From: an uncultured Gammaproteobacteria bacterium
GTDB lineage: Bacteria; Patescibacteriota; Patescibacteriia; Patescibacteriales; GWC2-42-12
Reading direction: 5' to 3'
DNA: 64,000 bases
Assembly (NCBI GenBank): GCA_964537265.1
Contig: CAZHZE010000002.1
Coordinates: forward strand, 100,861-164,860
This document shows positions 27,233 to 36,356 of this stretch, one piece after another; the first letter of the stretch is position 1; each line of letters opens with the position of its first letter. A program made the translations under genes and the position numbers. The notes beneath the pieces were generated by a model, which was given only the letters and a program-made list of their open reading frames with translations, made no database searches and had not been told where the DNA came from.

Positions 27233-27683
27233 AAAAAATAATAAATTTTCTAAATTGGATGGGAAAAAATTAAAAATTGCCATAGTTCAAGCTAGGTTTA
27301 ATGAAAAAATTACTAATCAATTAACCGAAGGAGCAATACGTGGGTTAAATAATTCAGGCGTTTTAATCGCTAATATAAGCGTATTTAAAGTGCCTGGCGC
27401 TGTTGAAATTCCTCTGTTTTGTCAAAAATTATCCCGAACAAAGAAATATCGTGGTATAATAACCATAGGAGCGGTAGTTAAAGGGCAAACAGCCCATTTT
27501 AAATATATTTCACAAGCGGCAATTAATGGTATTATGCAAGTTATGCTTAATGAAAATTTGCCAATCGCATTAGGTGTTATAACAACTTATAATGAAGCTC
27601 AAGCTAAAGCACGCAGCCGTAAGGATAAATTTAATAAAGGTTATGAAGCGGCCTTGGCCTTAGTAGAGACAATTTTAAAATAA
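27213..27683 (+). CDS. ribH: 6,7-dimethyl-8-ribityllumazine synthase
   Basis: IVQARFN, VPGAVEIP, GAVVKGQTAHF, NKGYEAA. Confidence 0.95.
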   Translation: MKVFNGVKNNKFSKLDGKKLKIAIVQARFNEKITNQLTEGAIRGLNNSGVLIANISVFKVPGAVEIPLFCQKLSRTKKYRGIITIGAVVKGQTAHFKYISQAAINGIMQVMLNENLPIALGVITTYNEAQAKARSRKDKFNKGYEAALALVETILK

Positions 27684-28028
27684 ATGTTTGTTTTTAGAGC
27701 AAAAGTAATAGCTGGTAGCGGGCGTGGTCATAAAATAGGTTTTCCCACGGCTAATTTAAATAAAATTGAATTACCTTTAGATTATGGAATATATTCAGTA
27801 GCGGTTAATTTAAATAAAAATCAATATCATGGCCTTATGCATTATGGGCCAAAAAAAACTTTTAACGAGCCGGTATCTTGCGAGGTATTTATAAAAAATT
27901 TTAACAGAAATATTTACGGCTATTTATTAAAAATTACTGTTAATAAAAAAATACGTGAAATAAAGAAATTTAAAAACATTGAAAGATTAAAAAAGCAGAT
28001 TGAAAAAGATTTAAGTGAGTTAGAATAA
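27684..28028 (+). CDS. Stand-alone riboflavin kinase (RibF C-terminal domain only)
   Basis: GRGHKIGFPTANL, GIY, CEVFIKNF, IYG, IREIKKF...LKKQIEKD; no FAD synthetase domain. Confidence 0.9.
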   Translation: MFVFRAKVIAGSGRGHKIGFPTANLNKIELPLDYGIYSVAVNLNKNQYHGLMHYGPKKTFNEPVSCEVFIKNFNRNIYGYLLKITVNKKIREIKKFKNIERLKKQIEKDLSELE

Positions 28029-28065
28029 GAAAAACAGGGATTATGGTTTATAAATTATGATTTTA

Positions 28066-28097
28066 AATTCGTAATTCGTAATTCGTAATTCGTAATT
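28066..28097. repeat. Heptamer tandem array (AATTCGT)4
   Basis: Four perfect aattcgt units; reverse complement of the in-gene ACGAATT arrays. Confidence 0.85.
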
Positions 28098-28107
28098 GCC
28101 AATACCC

Positions 28108-29460
28108 ATGCTTGCTTATCTGGAAAAATTTAATAATTTGCCAGCTGATATAAGAAACAAAGTTTCCGATAGCCGTGCCATGCTTATAATTGAGGAGCTG
28201 GAAAAAAAATATAATGTTAATCTGGCCGCTTTAATTATGAAAGTTGTAGTTAAAGAAATTAATATTAATAATTTAATCGATTATTTTTTAAAAGAAAAAT
28301 TAAATCAAGAACAAGCGCGAGAATTAACGAACGCATTAAAGGAAAAAATTTTTTCTAAACTAGAAGATTATCTTTTGTCTGATAGTCAGAAATCGATTAA
28401 TCAAGGCGTGGATGATATAGTTATTAAAGAGCCGAAAGTTAAAAGTTCTAGTTTTTTCTTTTCTCCTGAAGATGAGGAAGAAATTAGAAATTTAACTCAA
28501 AAAATAATGATCGCCGAGAGCTCAAGCTTAACTCCAAAGTTAATTGATGATAAAATAAAAGAAATTACCAAGCAAGCGCAGATTAATTTTGGTTCAGTTG
28601 AACTGGCTGAGAGATTTGCGCAAATTTTAAAAACTTATTTACGCGGCATTCGAGATAAGCTTGATACCAAAGCAACTTTAATGAAATCTTTTTCCAGCGG
28701 TGGTTTAAGTTTTGATGAAGATTCAGCCCAAAAAGCTATATTATTAGCAGATAAAGTTTTATCCTCAGAACCAGCCAAACCGATAGAACCTCTGCCTAAA
28801 ATTAAATTGCCAGAATCAGAGAAAGCTGATTTTTTAAAACAGCGATCTGTTTCTCGCGATGCAGCTTACGATTTTTCCAAAATAGCGGCCAGAGGAGAAA
28901 AAATAAAACAAGATTTAAGAAAATTAGACACTAAACATGAGCTTGCTCCTTTAACACCTACGGTTAAACCAGCTATAAAGCAAATTGAAAAGCCAAAAGT
29001 TAAAGATGTTAAACCAGCGTCTGCGCCGGCTAAAACAGAAGATCCGGGTACCATGCCTTTAATAAAGAGAAGATTTGAAGCTGAAAATTTAAGCCAAAGT
29101 CAAAAAACAAGAATTGAAGATGTTAAATATGTCCCTAGAGTCATGGGTCCGATGGAAGAAATTAAATATATGGATATTGTTAACTTTCGCAGATTAGACA
29201 AAGATCCTATCAAAGGAGTTGAAAAAATAAAAAATAAAATAAATTTATTAGAAGAAGATTATGGCAAAAAATTGGAAGGCATAAAATTTTGGCGCCAAAG
29301 CCCTATTTATAAATTATATTTAGAAATCGGCAATTCTAGCATTAAAGAAAATAAACCGGTTGATGTTATAATAGAAGCAAGAAGAATGGCGGGTTTAGAT
29401 TATTTATCTGAAAATGAATTTAAAGCAATTATGGATTTAAATAAAAGTTTAAGATTTTAA
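28108..29460 (+). CDS. Hypothetical protein upstream of prgI
   Basis: ORF 28096..29460, first ATG at 28108; co-directional with and 5 nt from prgI. Confidence 0.75.
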   Translation: MLAYLEKFNNLPADIRNKVSDSRAMLIIEELEKKYNVNLAALIMKVVVKEININNLIDYFLKEKLNQEQARELTNALKEKIFSKLEDYLLSDSQKSINQGVDDIVIKEPKVKSSSFFFSPEDEEEIRNLTQKIMIAESSSLTPKLIDDKIKEITKQAQINFGSVELAERFAQILKTYLRGIRDKLDTKATLMKSFSSGGLSFDEDSAQKAILLADKVLSSEPAKPIEPLPKIKLPESEKADFLKQRSVSRDAAYDFSKIAARGEKIKQDLRKLDTKHELAPLTPTVKPAIKQIEKPKVKDVKPASAPAKTEDPGTMPLIKRRFEAENLSQSQKTRIEDVKYVPRVMGPMEEIKYMDIVNFRRLDKDPIKGVEKIKNKINLLEEDYGKKLEGIKFWRQSPIYKLYLEIGNSSIKENKPVDVIIEARRMAGLDYLSENEFKAIMDLNKSLRF

Positions 29461-29465
29461 TATAT

Positions 29466-29909
29466 ATGCAACAATTTGTAGTACCACAATTTATCGATGT
29501 AGAAGATAAAGTTATAGGTCCTATAACTACCCGGCAGTTTATTATTATGTTGGCTGGATTTTTAATTATCGCGATTTTTTATAAAATTTTTGATTTTTCT
29601 CTATTTGTTGTTTCTGGCTTGATAGTATTTACAATTAGCGGAATTTTTGCCTTTTTAAAAATAAACGGCCGGCCTTTTCATTTTTTTGTTTTAAATTTAT
29701 TACAAACTTTGAAAAGGACAAGACTAAGAGTCTGGCAACATTTAATGATTGGCGATAATTATGGCGTAGAGGAGAGCTATTCAATGCCAACGGTGAATTT
29801 AATTCAGGATAAACGTTATACAACTTCTCGTTTAGCCGAATTATCTTTAATAGTTGATACTAAAGGAGCCTATCAAGGCGAAGAAAATAATATAGAAATA
29901 AAAAGGTAG
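29466..29909 (+). CDS. PrgI-family (VirB3-like) membrane protein
   Basis: MQQFVVPQFIDVEDKVIGPITTRQF, two TMs, KINGRPF. Confidence 0.88.
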   Translation: MQQFVVPQFIDVEDKVIGPITTRQFIIMLAGFLIIAIFYKIFDFSLFVVSGLIVFTISGIFAFLKINGRPFHFFVLNLLQTLKRTRLRVWQHLMIGDNYGVEESYSMPTVNLIQDKRYTTSRLAELSLIVDTKGAYQGEENNIEIKR

Positions 29910-29922
29910 TTAATTAAGATTT

Positions 29923-30600
29923 ATGTCTAATAAATTAAATAAAAATAAAATTAGTAGTTCAACCCAGCAATATTTAGATATAGCTGAATTCCGCGAAGAT
30001 ACAATAATTATGCGCGATGGAACCTTGCGCGCTGTTCTTTTGGTAGCCAGCATTAATTTTGCTTTAAAAAGCGAGGATGAACAAAATGCTATTATATCCG
30101 CTTATGTAGGTTTTTTGAATAATATTGATTTTCCTTTACAAATTGTTATTCAGTCGCGCGAATTAAATATTGATAGTTATATTGCTTCCTTAAAGCAAAA
30201 AGAAAAGGAGCAAACCAATGAATTATTGAAAATGCAAACTACCGAATATTTACAATATATTAACGAGTTGATTTCTTTGGGAAAAATTATGAATAAAAAG
30301 TTTTATGTGGTGGTTTCTTATAATCCTTTATCAGATAAGCAAAAAGGATTTTTTACTAGATTATTAGAATCTTTAAAGCCCGCGTCGATTATTAAAATGA
30401 AAGAAGAGAGATTTTTAAGAAGAAAATCTGAATTAAATAGAAGATTAGATAATATTATCGGCGGTTTATCGTCTATAGGTGTTAACGCTGTGCAGCTTGA
30501 TACTCAGAGTCTAATTGAATTATTTTATAATACTTATAATCCTGAAACTTCCGCTAACCAAAAATTAGTGGAGATAAAAAATTTAAAGGCAGCAGAATAA
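29923..30600 (+). CDS. VirB4/TraC N-terminal-like protein
   Basis: STQQYLDIAE, INFALKSEDEQ, FPLQIVIQSR, ELFYNTYNP; lies between prgI and virB4. Confidence 0.75.
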   Translation: MSNKLNKNKISSSTQQYLDIAEFREDTIIMRDGTLRAVLLVASINFALKSEDEQNAIISAYVGFLNNIDFPLQIVIQSRELNIDSYIASLKQKEKEQTNELLKMQTTEYLQYINELISLGKIMNKKFYVVVSYNPLSDKQKGFFTRLLESLKPASIIKMKEERFLRRKSELNRRLDNIIGGLSSIGVNAVQLDTQSLIELFYNTYNPETSANQKLVEIKNLKAAE

Positions 30601-30621
30601 ATAGAATTTATTAATTAAAAT

Positions 30622-32547
30622 ATGTTTAATCCAGGCCAAATTAAAAAACAAGAAGAAATAGAGCTTAAAGAGAGAGTTTTAGCCGAGAAAAAAAGCATCA
30701 AGCAGGTTGAAGAAACGCCTTCTTTAACTCGCGAGTTGATTGAAGAAGAAAAATCTTATCGTCGAGGAGCGCTTTCCATTAAAGATTTGATTGCCCCAGC
30801 TTCTTTAGAAGTAAATTCAGATTTTTTAAGATTGGGCTCTAAATTTGTTCGGACTATTTTTGTTATAAATTATCCGCGCTATATTAGCGTAGGTTGGTTC
30901 GCGCCGATTATAAATCTAAATAATACTTTTGATATTTCTATGTTTTTCTATCCGGTAGAAAGCGCGGTAGTTTTAAATCAATTAAAGAAAAAAGTCGGTA
31001 ATTTAGAAGCGCAAATTATTTCTGATGCTGAAAAAGGCGCGGCCAGAGATCCTTTGCGCGAGACGGCTTTGCGAGACATAGAAGCTTTGCGCGATGCTTT
31101 AACTCAGGGTATAGAGAAATTTTTTCAGTTCGCTTTATATGTGACTCTTTACGCAGATAGCAAACAAGAATTAGATAAATTATCCGAAGAAGTGGAAAAT
31201 ATTTTCGGTTCGCGTCTAGTTTATTCTAAAAGAGTTTTTTATCAGGCCGAGCAAGGTTTTAATTCAACCCTGCCTTTAGCCAACGATGAATTGTATATTG
31301 CTTTTAATATGAATTCTTCCCCGGTGGCCTCTTCTTTCCCTTTTATTTCTTCAGAACTTACTTCGGATAATGGCATCCTTTATGGCATTAATCGCCATAA
31401 TAACAGTTTAATTTTATTTGATCGCTTTAGTTTACAAAACGCTAATAGCGTAGTATTTGCTACTTCGGGCGCTGGCAAAAGTTATGCCATTAAGCTTGAA
31501 GTTTTGCGTAGTTTAATGATGGGTTCGGAAGTTATTATTATTGACCCGGAAAATGAGTACAAACATTTAGCTGAAGCCGTTGGCGGAACTTATATAAATA
31601 TTTCTTTGGCTAGCGAAAATAAAATTAATCCTTTTGATTTACCACGTTCGGTTTCCGGCGAATCAAAAGCTGAAGATATAATTAGAAGCGGAGTAATAAC
31701 CGTAAAGGGTCTAATTAGGCTAATGTTAGGTAATTTAACGCATGAAGAAGATTCTATTATTGATCGAGCTTTATTAGAAACTTATGCTAAAAAAGATATT
31801 AATCCTGACGCTGATTTATCTAAAGTTGAAGCGCCTATTATGCAGGACTTAGAAGATATATTAGAAGGCATGGAAGGTGGCGCTAGTTTAGCTTTAAGGT
31901 TAAAAAAATATACCCAAGGAACTTTTGCCGGTCTTTTTAATAGCCCGACTAATGTAAAAATGGATAATCAATTGGTTTGTTTTTCGGTGCGCGATCTTGA
32001 AGATGAATTAAGGCCGATTGCAATTTATACTATAGTCAATTATATTTGGAATATAGTGCGTTCAGAAATGAAAAAAAGAATTCTAGTCATTGATGAAGCT
32101 TGGTGGCTTATGCAGCATGAAGACAGCGCCAAATTTATTTATGCTTTAGTTAAACGCTGCCGTAAATATTATTTAGGAGTTACGACTATTACGCAGGACG
32201 TTAATGATTTTTTAACTTCGCCTTACGGCCAAGCCATAGTGAACAATTCAGCTTTGCAACTTCTTTTAAAACAGTCCCCGGCATCTATAAATTTAGTGCA
32301 GAAAACTTTTGTATTAACTGAAGGAGAAAAATACTTACTTTTAGAATGTGGTGTTGGCGAAGGCATATTTTTTGCCGGCTCTAAACATGTAGCCATTAAA
32401 GTTGTGGCTTCATATACTGAAGATCAATTAATCACTTCTGACCCAAGACAACTATTAGAGATTGAGCAGGAGAAAAAAGAATTTGCTTCTAATATGTTGA
32501 GCGGCCAAACTGAGAATAATACCGAGGGAGAAGAAGTAGAATTATAA
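30622..32547 (+). CDS. VirB4-like T4SS ATPase
   Basis: Walker A ATSGAGKS, IIDPENEY, INPFD, Walker B LVIDEAW, RKY...ITQDV. Confidence 0.92.
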   Translation: MFNPGQIKKQEEIELKERVLAEKKSIKQVEETPSLTRELIEEEKSYRRGALSIKDLIAPASLEVNSDFLRLGSKFVRTIFVINYPRYISVGWFAPIINLNNTFDISMFFYPVESAVVLNQLKKKVGNLEAQIISDAEKGAARDPLRETALRDIEALRDALTQGIEKFFQFALYVTLYADSKQELDKLSEEVENIFGSRLVYSKRVFYQAEQGFNSTLPLANDELYIAFNMNSSPVASSFPFISSELTSDNGILYGINRHNNSLILFDRFSLQNANSVVFATSGAGKSYAIKLEVLRSLMMGSEVIIIDPENEYKHLAEAVGGTYINISLASENKINPFDLPRSVSGESKAEDIIRSGVITVKGLIRLMLGNLTHEEDSIIDRALLETYAKKDINPDADLSKVEAPIMQDLEDILEGMEGGASLALRLKKYTQGTFAGLFNSPTNVKMDNQLVCFSVRDLEDELRPIAIYTIVNYIWNIVRSEMKKRILVIDEAWWLMQHEDSAKFIYALVKRCRKYYLGVTTITQDVNDFLTSPYGQAIVNNSALQLLLKQSPASINLVQKTFVLTEGEKYLLLECGVGEGIFFAGSKHVAIKVVASYTEDQLITSDPRQLLEIEQEKKEFASNMLSGQTENNTEGEEVEL

Positions 32548-32551
32548 ATAT

Positions 32552-33169
32552 ATGAGTAAAAGAGTTTGGGGTATAATTATTGTGATTGCTTCTCTGGCTA
32601 TAATAGCTGGTATTATTTATATTATTTTTTTCTATAAATTTAATAATATAGAAAAGCAGCCGATAATAGAACAGCCAGTCGTTGAGCAACCAGTTAATAA
32701 TTTAAATCCGACCTCTAACCAGCAAGTCGCTACAAATACTACGACCGTTCAAGTAGTTTCTCCGTTAAAGAAGGCCGAAATCAATAAAGATGATCTTATT
32801 AGAATGGCGTCGGCTTTTGCTGAAAGATTTGGTAGCTATTCAAATCAATCTGATTATGGCAATATTCGAGATTTGCAAATTTTTATGACCAATTCCATGA
32901 AAGATTGGGCAGATGATTATATTAATCAATCTAGAGTTAATAAGACTCAAACTTCAATTTATTATGGCATAGTAACTAAAGCTATTTCCGGAGAAGCTAA
33001 ACAATTTGATTCTGATGTTGGGAAAGCGGAAATTTTAGTAAAAACTCAAAGGCGTGAATCGTCCGGCACTTCTGGCAATAGCATAACTTTTTATCAGAAT
33101 ATATTGATAAAATATATTCGCGAGCAAGGTGTCTGGCGAGTTGACGGTATCGAATGGCAGACGAAATAA
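32552..33169 (+). CDS. Bitopic membrane protein, possibly VirB8/NTF2-like
   Basis: N-terminal TM, AFAERFGSYS, C-terminal GVWRVDGI; directly follows virB4. Confidence 0.65.
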   Translation: MSKRVWGIIIVIASLAIIAGIIYIIFFYKFNNIEKQPIIEQPVVEQPVNNLNPTSNQQVATNTTTVQVVSPLKKAEINKDDLIRMASAFAERFGSYSNQSDYGNIRDLQIFMTNSMKDWADDYINQSRVNKTQTSIYYGIVTKAISGEAKQFDSDVGKAEILVKTQRRESSGTSGNSITFYQNILIKYIREQGVWRVDGIEWQTK

Positions 33170-33187
33170 TTTGAAAATTTTTGATTT

Positions 33188-33988
33188 ATGAATAATAAGT
33201 TATTTAAAATAACCAAAGATGCTTGGTTATTTTTTTTAGACTTAATTTTTCCGATTGAATGTTTAAATTGCGGCGAGGAGGGTAAGTGGTTATGCGAAAA
33301 ATGTTTTAAGGAGATAAAATTAAAGCCAAAACAATATTGCCTTCATTGTAAAAAAGAAAATGATTTAGGCGAATTTTGTGCGCCCTGCGGAATTATTTAT
33401 AATTTAGATGGCGTTTGGATCGCCGCTGTTTATGATGAAATTTTAATAAGTAAAGCTATTAAAAATTTAAAGTACTATTTTATTAGCGGTTTAGCCGAAG
33501 ATTTAAGCAAGCTTTTAATTGTTTGTCTTGATAAAATATTAGCTAAAAGACAAATTTTAAAACAAGGCTTATTAGAAGGAATAAATTGGAAAATCTTTGA
33601 ACGAGCCGAAAAACTACCAGCTGCGATTTTAAATTTTAACGACAATTTAATTATACCCGTGCCTTTATCAGCCAAGCGTTCGCGTTGGCGAGGTTTTAAT
33701 CAAGCTGAATTATTAGCGCAAACATTGGCAAAAAAATATTATTTAAAGATAGATAATAAAAATTTAATTAGGATAAAACATAAAAAGGCCCAGGCTAAAT
33801 TAAATGAAATCGAGCGGTTGCATAATATAAAAGGATGCTTTAGTTGGATTGGAGGTAATTTAAATAAAAAAAACATCATTTTAATTGATGATGTTGTTAC
33901 TACTGGCGCTACTTTAAACGAATGCGCCAAAGTTTTAAAAGCTAACGGCGCTGGCGAGGTATGGGGATTGGTTGTGGCTAAGGGGTAA
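33188..33988 (+). CDS. comF: ComF-family protein (double zinc ribbon + PRTase)
   Basis: Four CxxC motifs, IPVPLS, RGFNQAE, LIDDVVTTGATL. Confidence 0.9.
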   Translation: MNNKLFKITKDAWLFFLDLIFPIECLNCGEEGKWLCEKCFKEIKLKPKQYCLHCKKENDLGEFCAPCGIIYNLDGVWIAAVYDEILISKAIKNLKYYFISGLAEDLSKLLIVCLDKILAKRQILKQGLLEGINWKIFERAEKLPAAILNFNDNLIIPVPLSAKRSRWRGFNQAELLAQTLAKKYYLKIDNKNLIRIKHKKAQAKLNEIERLHNIKGCFSWIGGNLNKKNIILIDDVVTTGATLNECAKVLKANGAGEVWGLVVAKG

Positions 33989-33990
33989 AT

Positions 33991-35054
33991 GCGGAGAGAT
34001 AGGGATTTCCGCCTTGCTCTCGTTTCCTCTCAAGCTTCGTTGCCCTGGGCAGCGCTGAATGCTCCCAGGGTCGCATTCATCGACGCTCGCCTGAATTTTT
34101 TGCCGACAAAAATTCGGCAAAAAATTTGTCTCGCTTCTGCCCGTTCGAATCCTATCTCAACTTAAAATATTTATTCGGCATAAAACCGAATAAATATTTA
34201 ATGCGGTGTATTCTTAAAATAGCTCGAACCGAATTCCCTCGCCGCGCTTTGCGCGGCTCGGATGTGGCGGGGCAAAAATGAGCGGCTCCGCCGCGAAAAT
34301 TAACAATTTCAAGCTTTTCTTTGGCGGCAAATTCTTTTCGAACTAATTCGCATAAATCCAAGAATAATTACCACCATGAAAAGTATACATCGTAAAATAA
34401 TGATTTACCTTATCTAGTTCGCCGATGTCGACAGTATGCAATTTGTTATTTTCGTCAATCAAATATGGCACAGGCAAATTATATTGTGAATCATATTTAA
34501 CTTTTATGCTTATCGGTTTCGGCGAATCTATTAAATTTATATCCGGAGAAATGATAATCGTTACGGGTGAACCCACTCCAGACCTTACTTCAAAATCGCT
34601 TTTCTTGAAGCTCAAGGTAAATTCCGTTTCTTTTTTTAATGAAGGAATAATTACAATTACTGATTTATCAGAATTTTGCAGAATACCACCATTAACGCCA
34701 ACTTTTTCTTTTATGACTTCGCTATACTGGAAATTATCAACCGATTTATTAATTTGCTGATTTGATTGTTGAGTTTGTGGAGTATTAGGTGCTGAAGAAT
34801 TTTTAAAAAAATAAAAAATACCGACAGCAATAATTATGATTACAACTACCAGAATAATTTTAAAATATTTTTGATTCATATGATTTATTATGAAAATTGT
34901 TTTCGACTTTATGATTAAAAAATTTCTTTTGCCCCTTTTGATAAATGCATTTCGTTTTCGCCCAAAAATGAATACAAACTGGCCGCCGAGCGAAGCGAGG
35001 CGGCTTCCAACCTTGATTTTTCGAAATGTGATTCTTGGCGGAGAGATAGGGATT
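33991..35054. mobile_element. Decayed ~1-kb island at tRNA-Ser(TGA) bounded by a 17-bp direct repeat
   Basis: gcggagagatagggatt at 33991-34007 and 35038-35054 (tRNA 3' end). GC-rich palindromic remnants inside; no intact integrase. Confidence 0.6.
34343..34879 (-). CDS. Membrane-anchored hypothetical protein (possible ZU5-like domain)
   Basis: Likely start MNQKYFK at 34879; the ORF extension to 35119 runs through the tRNA. N-terminal TM. Confidence 0.7.
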   Translation of the reverse strand: MNQKYFKIILVVVIIIIAVGIFYFFKNSSAPNTPQTQQSNQQINKSVDNFQYSEVIKEKVGVNGGILQNSDKSVIVIIPSLKKETEFTLSFKKSDFEVRSGVGSPVTIIISPDINLIDSPKPISIKVKYDSQYNLPVPYLIDENNKLHTVDIGELDKVNHYFTMYTFHGGNYSWIYAN

Positions 35055-35125
35055 CGAACCCTAGAGACCCGTGAAGGCCTAACGGTTTTCAAGACCGTCC
35101 CATTCGACCGCTCTGGCATCTCTCC
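35036..35125 (-). tRNA. tRNA-Ser(TGA)
   Basis: GGAGAGA acceptor stem, ACGGT-CT-TGA-AA-ACCGT anticodon arm, long variable arm, GGTTCGAATCC, encoded CCA. Confidence 0.97.
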
Positions 35126-36156
35126 TAATAATTATATTTTAAAAAATATTGTTTTGGCTTCAATTCTTGTTTAACTATTTTTCGCCAATTAAACTCGGCT
35201 GCTGACAGCCGTTTTATCCCCACACTAAATTTAGTGTGGGGATTTATTTTTTGTTTGTTTATAAATAACGGATCAATAATTCTTGATTTACAAAATACTT
35301 CAGCATCATAATTTTTAAAGCTTTGCTTTATTTTAATTTTTCCGTTCATTCTTAACCAAAACAATTTTAATTTTTTATCTTTATTTAAATATTTTTTTAT
35401 TTTTTCTAAAACAATTTTATCGGTTTTATATAAATCAGTCTTAGTAATATATTTTTTATCTAATGCATATTTTAGGCAATCGCCAACCGCTAAAAACATA
35501 ATTGCCGAATCTATGCCGGCATAATGTGCTTTATTAAGTTTATAGAAAAGTTTTGCGTATAATTTAGCTGATTTGCGATTTTTAAATATCCATTTGTCGT
35601 TTTTTATTTGCAAGTCGTTTAGGATGGATTTTATCTGGCTCGGAGTTTTTTCTTTAAATATGATAGCTGTTCGTAATGAATAATCAATTCTATCAGCGCA
35701 TAAGTCGGGCAGCTGTTTTTCTTTGAGGGGAAAATTTTTATCATTTATTATATAATTTAAGCTAAAACCATGTCTTTTTAAAATTTTTGGTATGGCAGTT
35801 GTTTTTAAATATTTTTTAAATAGATTGTCTTGATGATTTTGCTCTTTGCCATCACCACCATCGACTACATAATCAATGCAATGCGAGAATGCTGAATGTG
35901 AAACGTCGTGAATTAAACCAGCTATTTGTTCTTCTAGCGGCGCGCCGTATTTTTTTAAAAGCAGAAAAACACCGATAGAATGAGCAAAACGATTATGGCC
36001 GAATTGGCCAACTCTTTTATAAGGTTTAGCAAAGAGCGGCCCGTAGCCGCCTTGATCAATGTCTTTTAGTCTTTTTAATGCAGGGCACTTTAGCAATTCT
36101 AAAATTACTGGTTCAGCTATATTAAAATGTCCGTAGATTTTATCATTGTAATGCAT
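35125..36156 (-). CDS. HD-domain phosphohydrolase (SAMHD1/dNTPase-like)
   Basis: LKRLKDIDQGG, RFAHSIGV, GLIHDVSHSAFSH, ADRIDYSLR. Confidence 0.88.
   Translation of the reverse strand: MHYNDKIYGHFNIAEPVILELLKCPALKRLKDIDQGGYGPLFAKPYKRVGQFGHNRFAHSIGVFLLLKKYGAPLEEQIAGLIHDVSHSAFSHCIDYVVDGGDGKEQNHQDNLFKKYLKTTAIPKILKRHGFSLNYIINDKNFPLKEKQLPDLCADRIDYSLRTAIIFKEKTPSQIKSILNDLQIKNDKWIFKNRKSAKLYAKLFYKLNKAHYAGIDSAIMFLAVGDCLKYALDKKYITKTDLYKTDKIVLEKIKKYLNKDKKLKLFWLRMNGKIKIKQSFKNYDAEVFCKSRIIDPLFINKQKINPHTKFSVGIKRLSAAEFNWRKIVKQELKPKQYFLKYNY
35216..35243. repeat. Perfect 28-bp palindrome in-frame in the HD gene
   Basis: atccccacactaaatttagtgtggggat; encodes NPHTKFSVGI. Confidence 0.85.
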
Positions 36157-36163
36157 AACTTAG

Positions 36164-36250
36164 CGGAAGGGGAGGGATTCGAACCCTCGAGACTCGTTAA
36201 AGTCTAACACCTTAGCAGGGTGCTGCTATCAGCCGCTCAGCCACCCTTCC
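36164..36250 (-). tRNA. tRNA-Ser(GCT)
   Basis: GGAAGGG acceptor stem, GCACC-CT-GCT-AA-GGTGT anticodon arm, long variable arm, GGTTCGAATCC; followed by CTA rather than CCA. Confidence 0.96.
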
Positions 36251-36356
36251 ATTAGTAATTAAAAATTACGAATTAATTTTTATTCGTAATTGATAATTAA
36301 TTTATTTTATGCTATAATAAATATATATAATTTATCTTATTTTGTCAATTAAAAAT

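Noticed and set aside
34152-34361. 69-aa ORF, and 33935..34120
   Set aside because: They lie over palindromic scar sequence and show no recognisable protein features.
34880-35119. N-terminal 80 aa of ORF 34343..35119
   Set aside because: It is a translation of the tRNA-Ser gene and island scar; the plausible start is ATG 34879.
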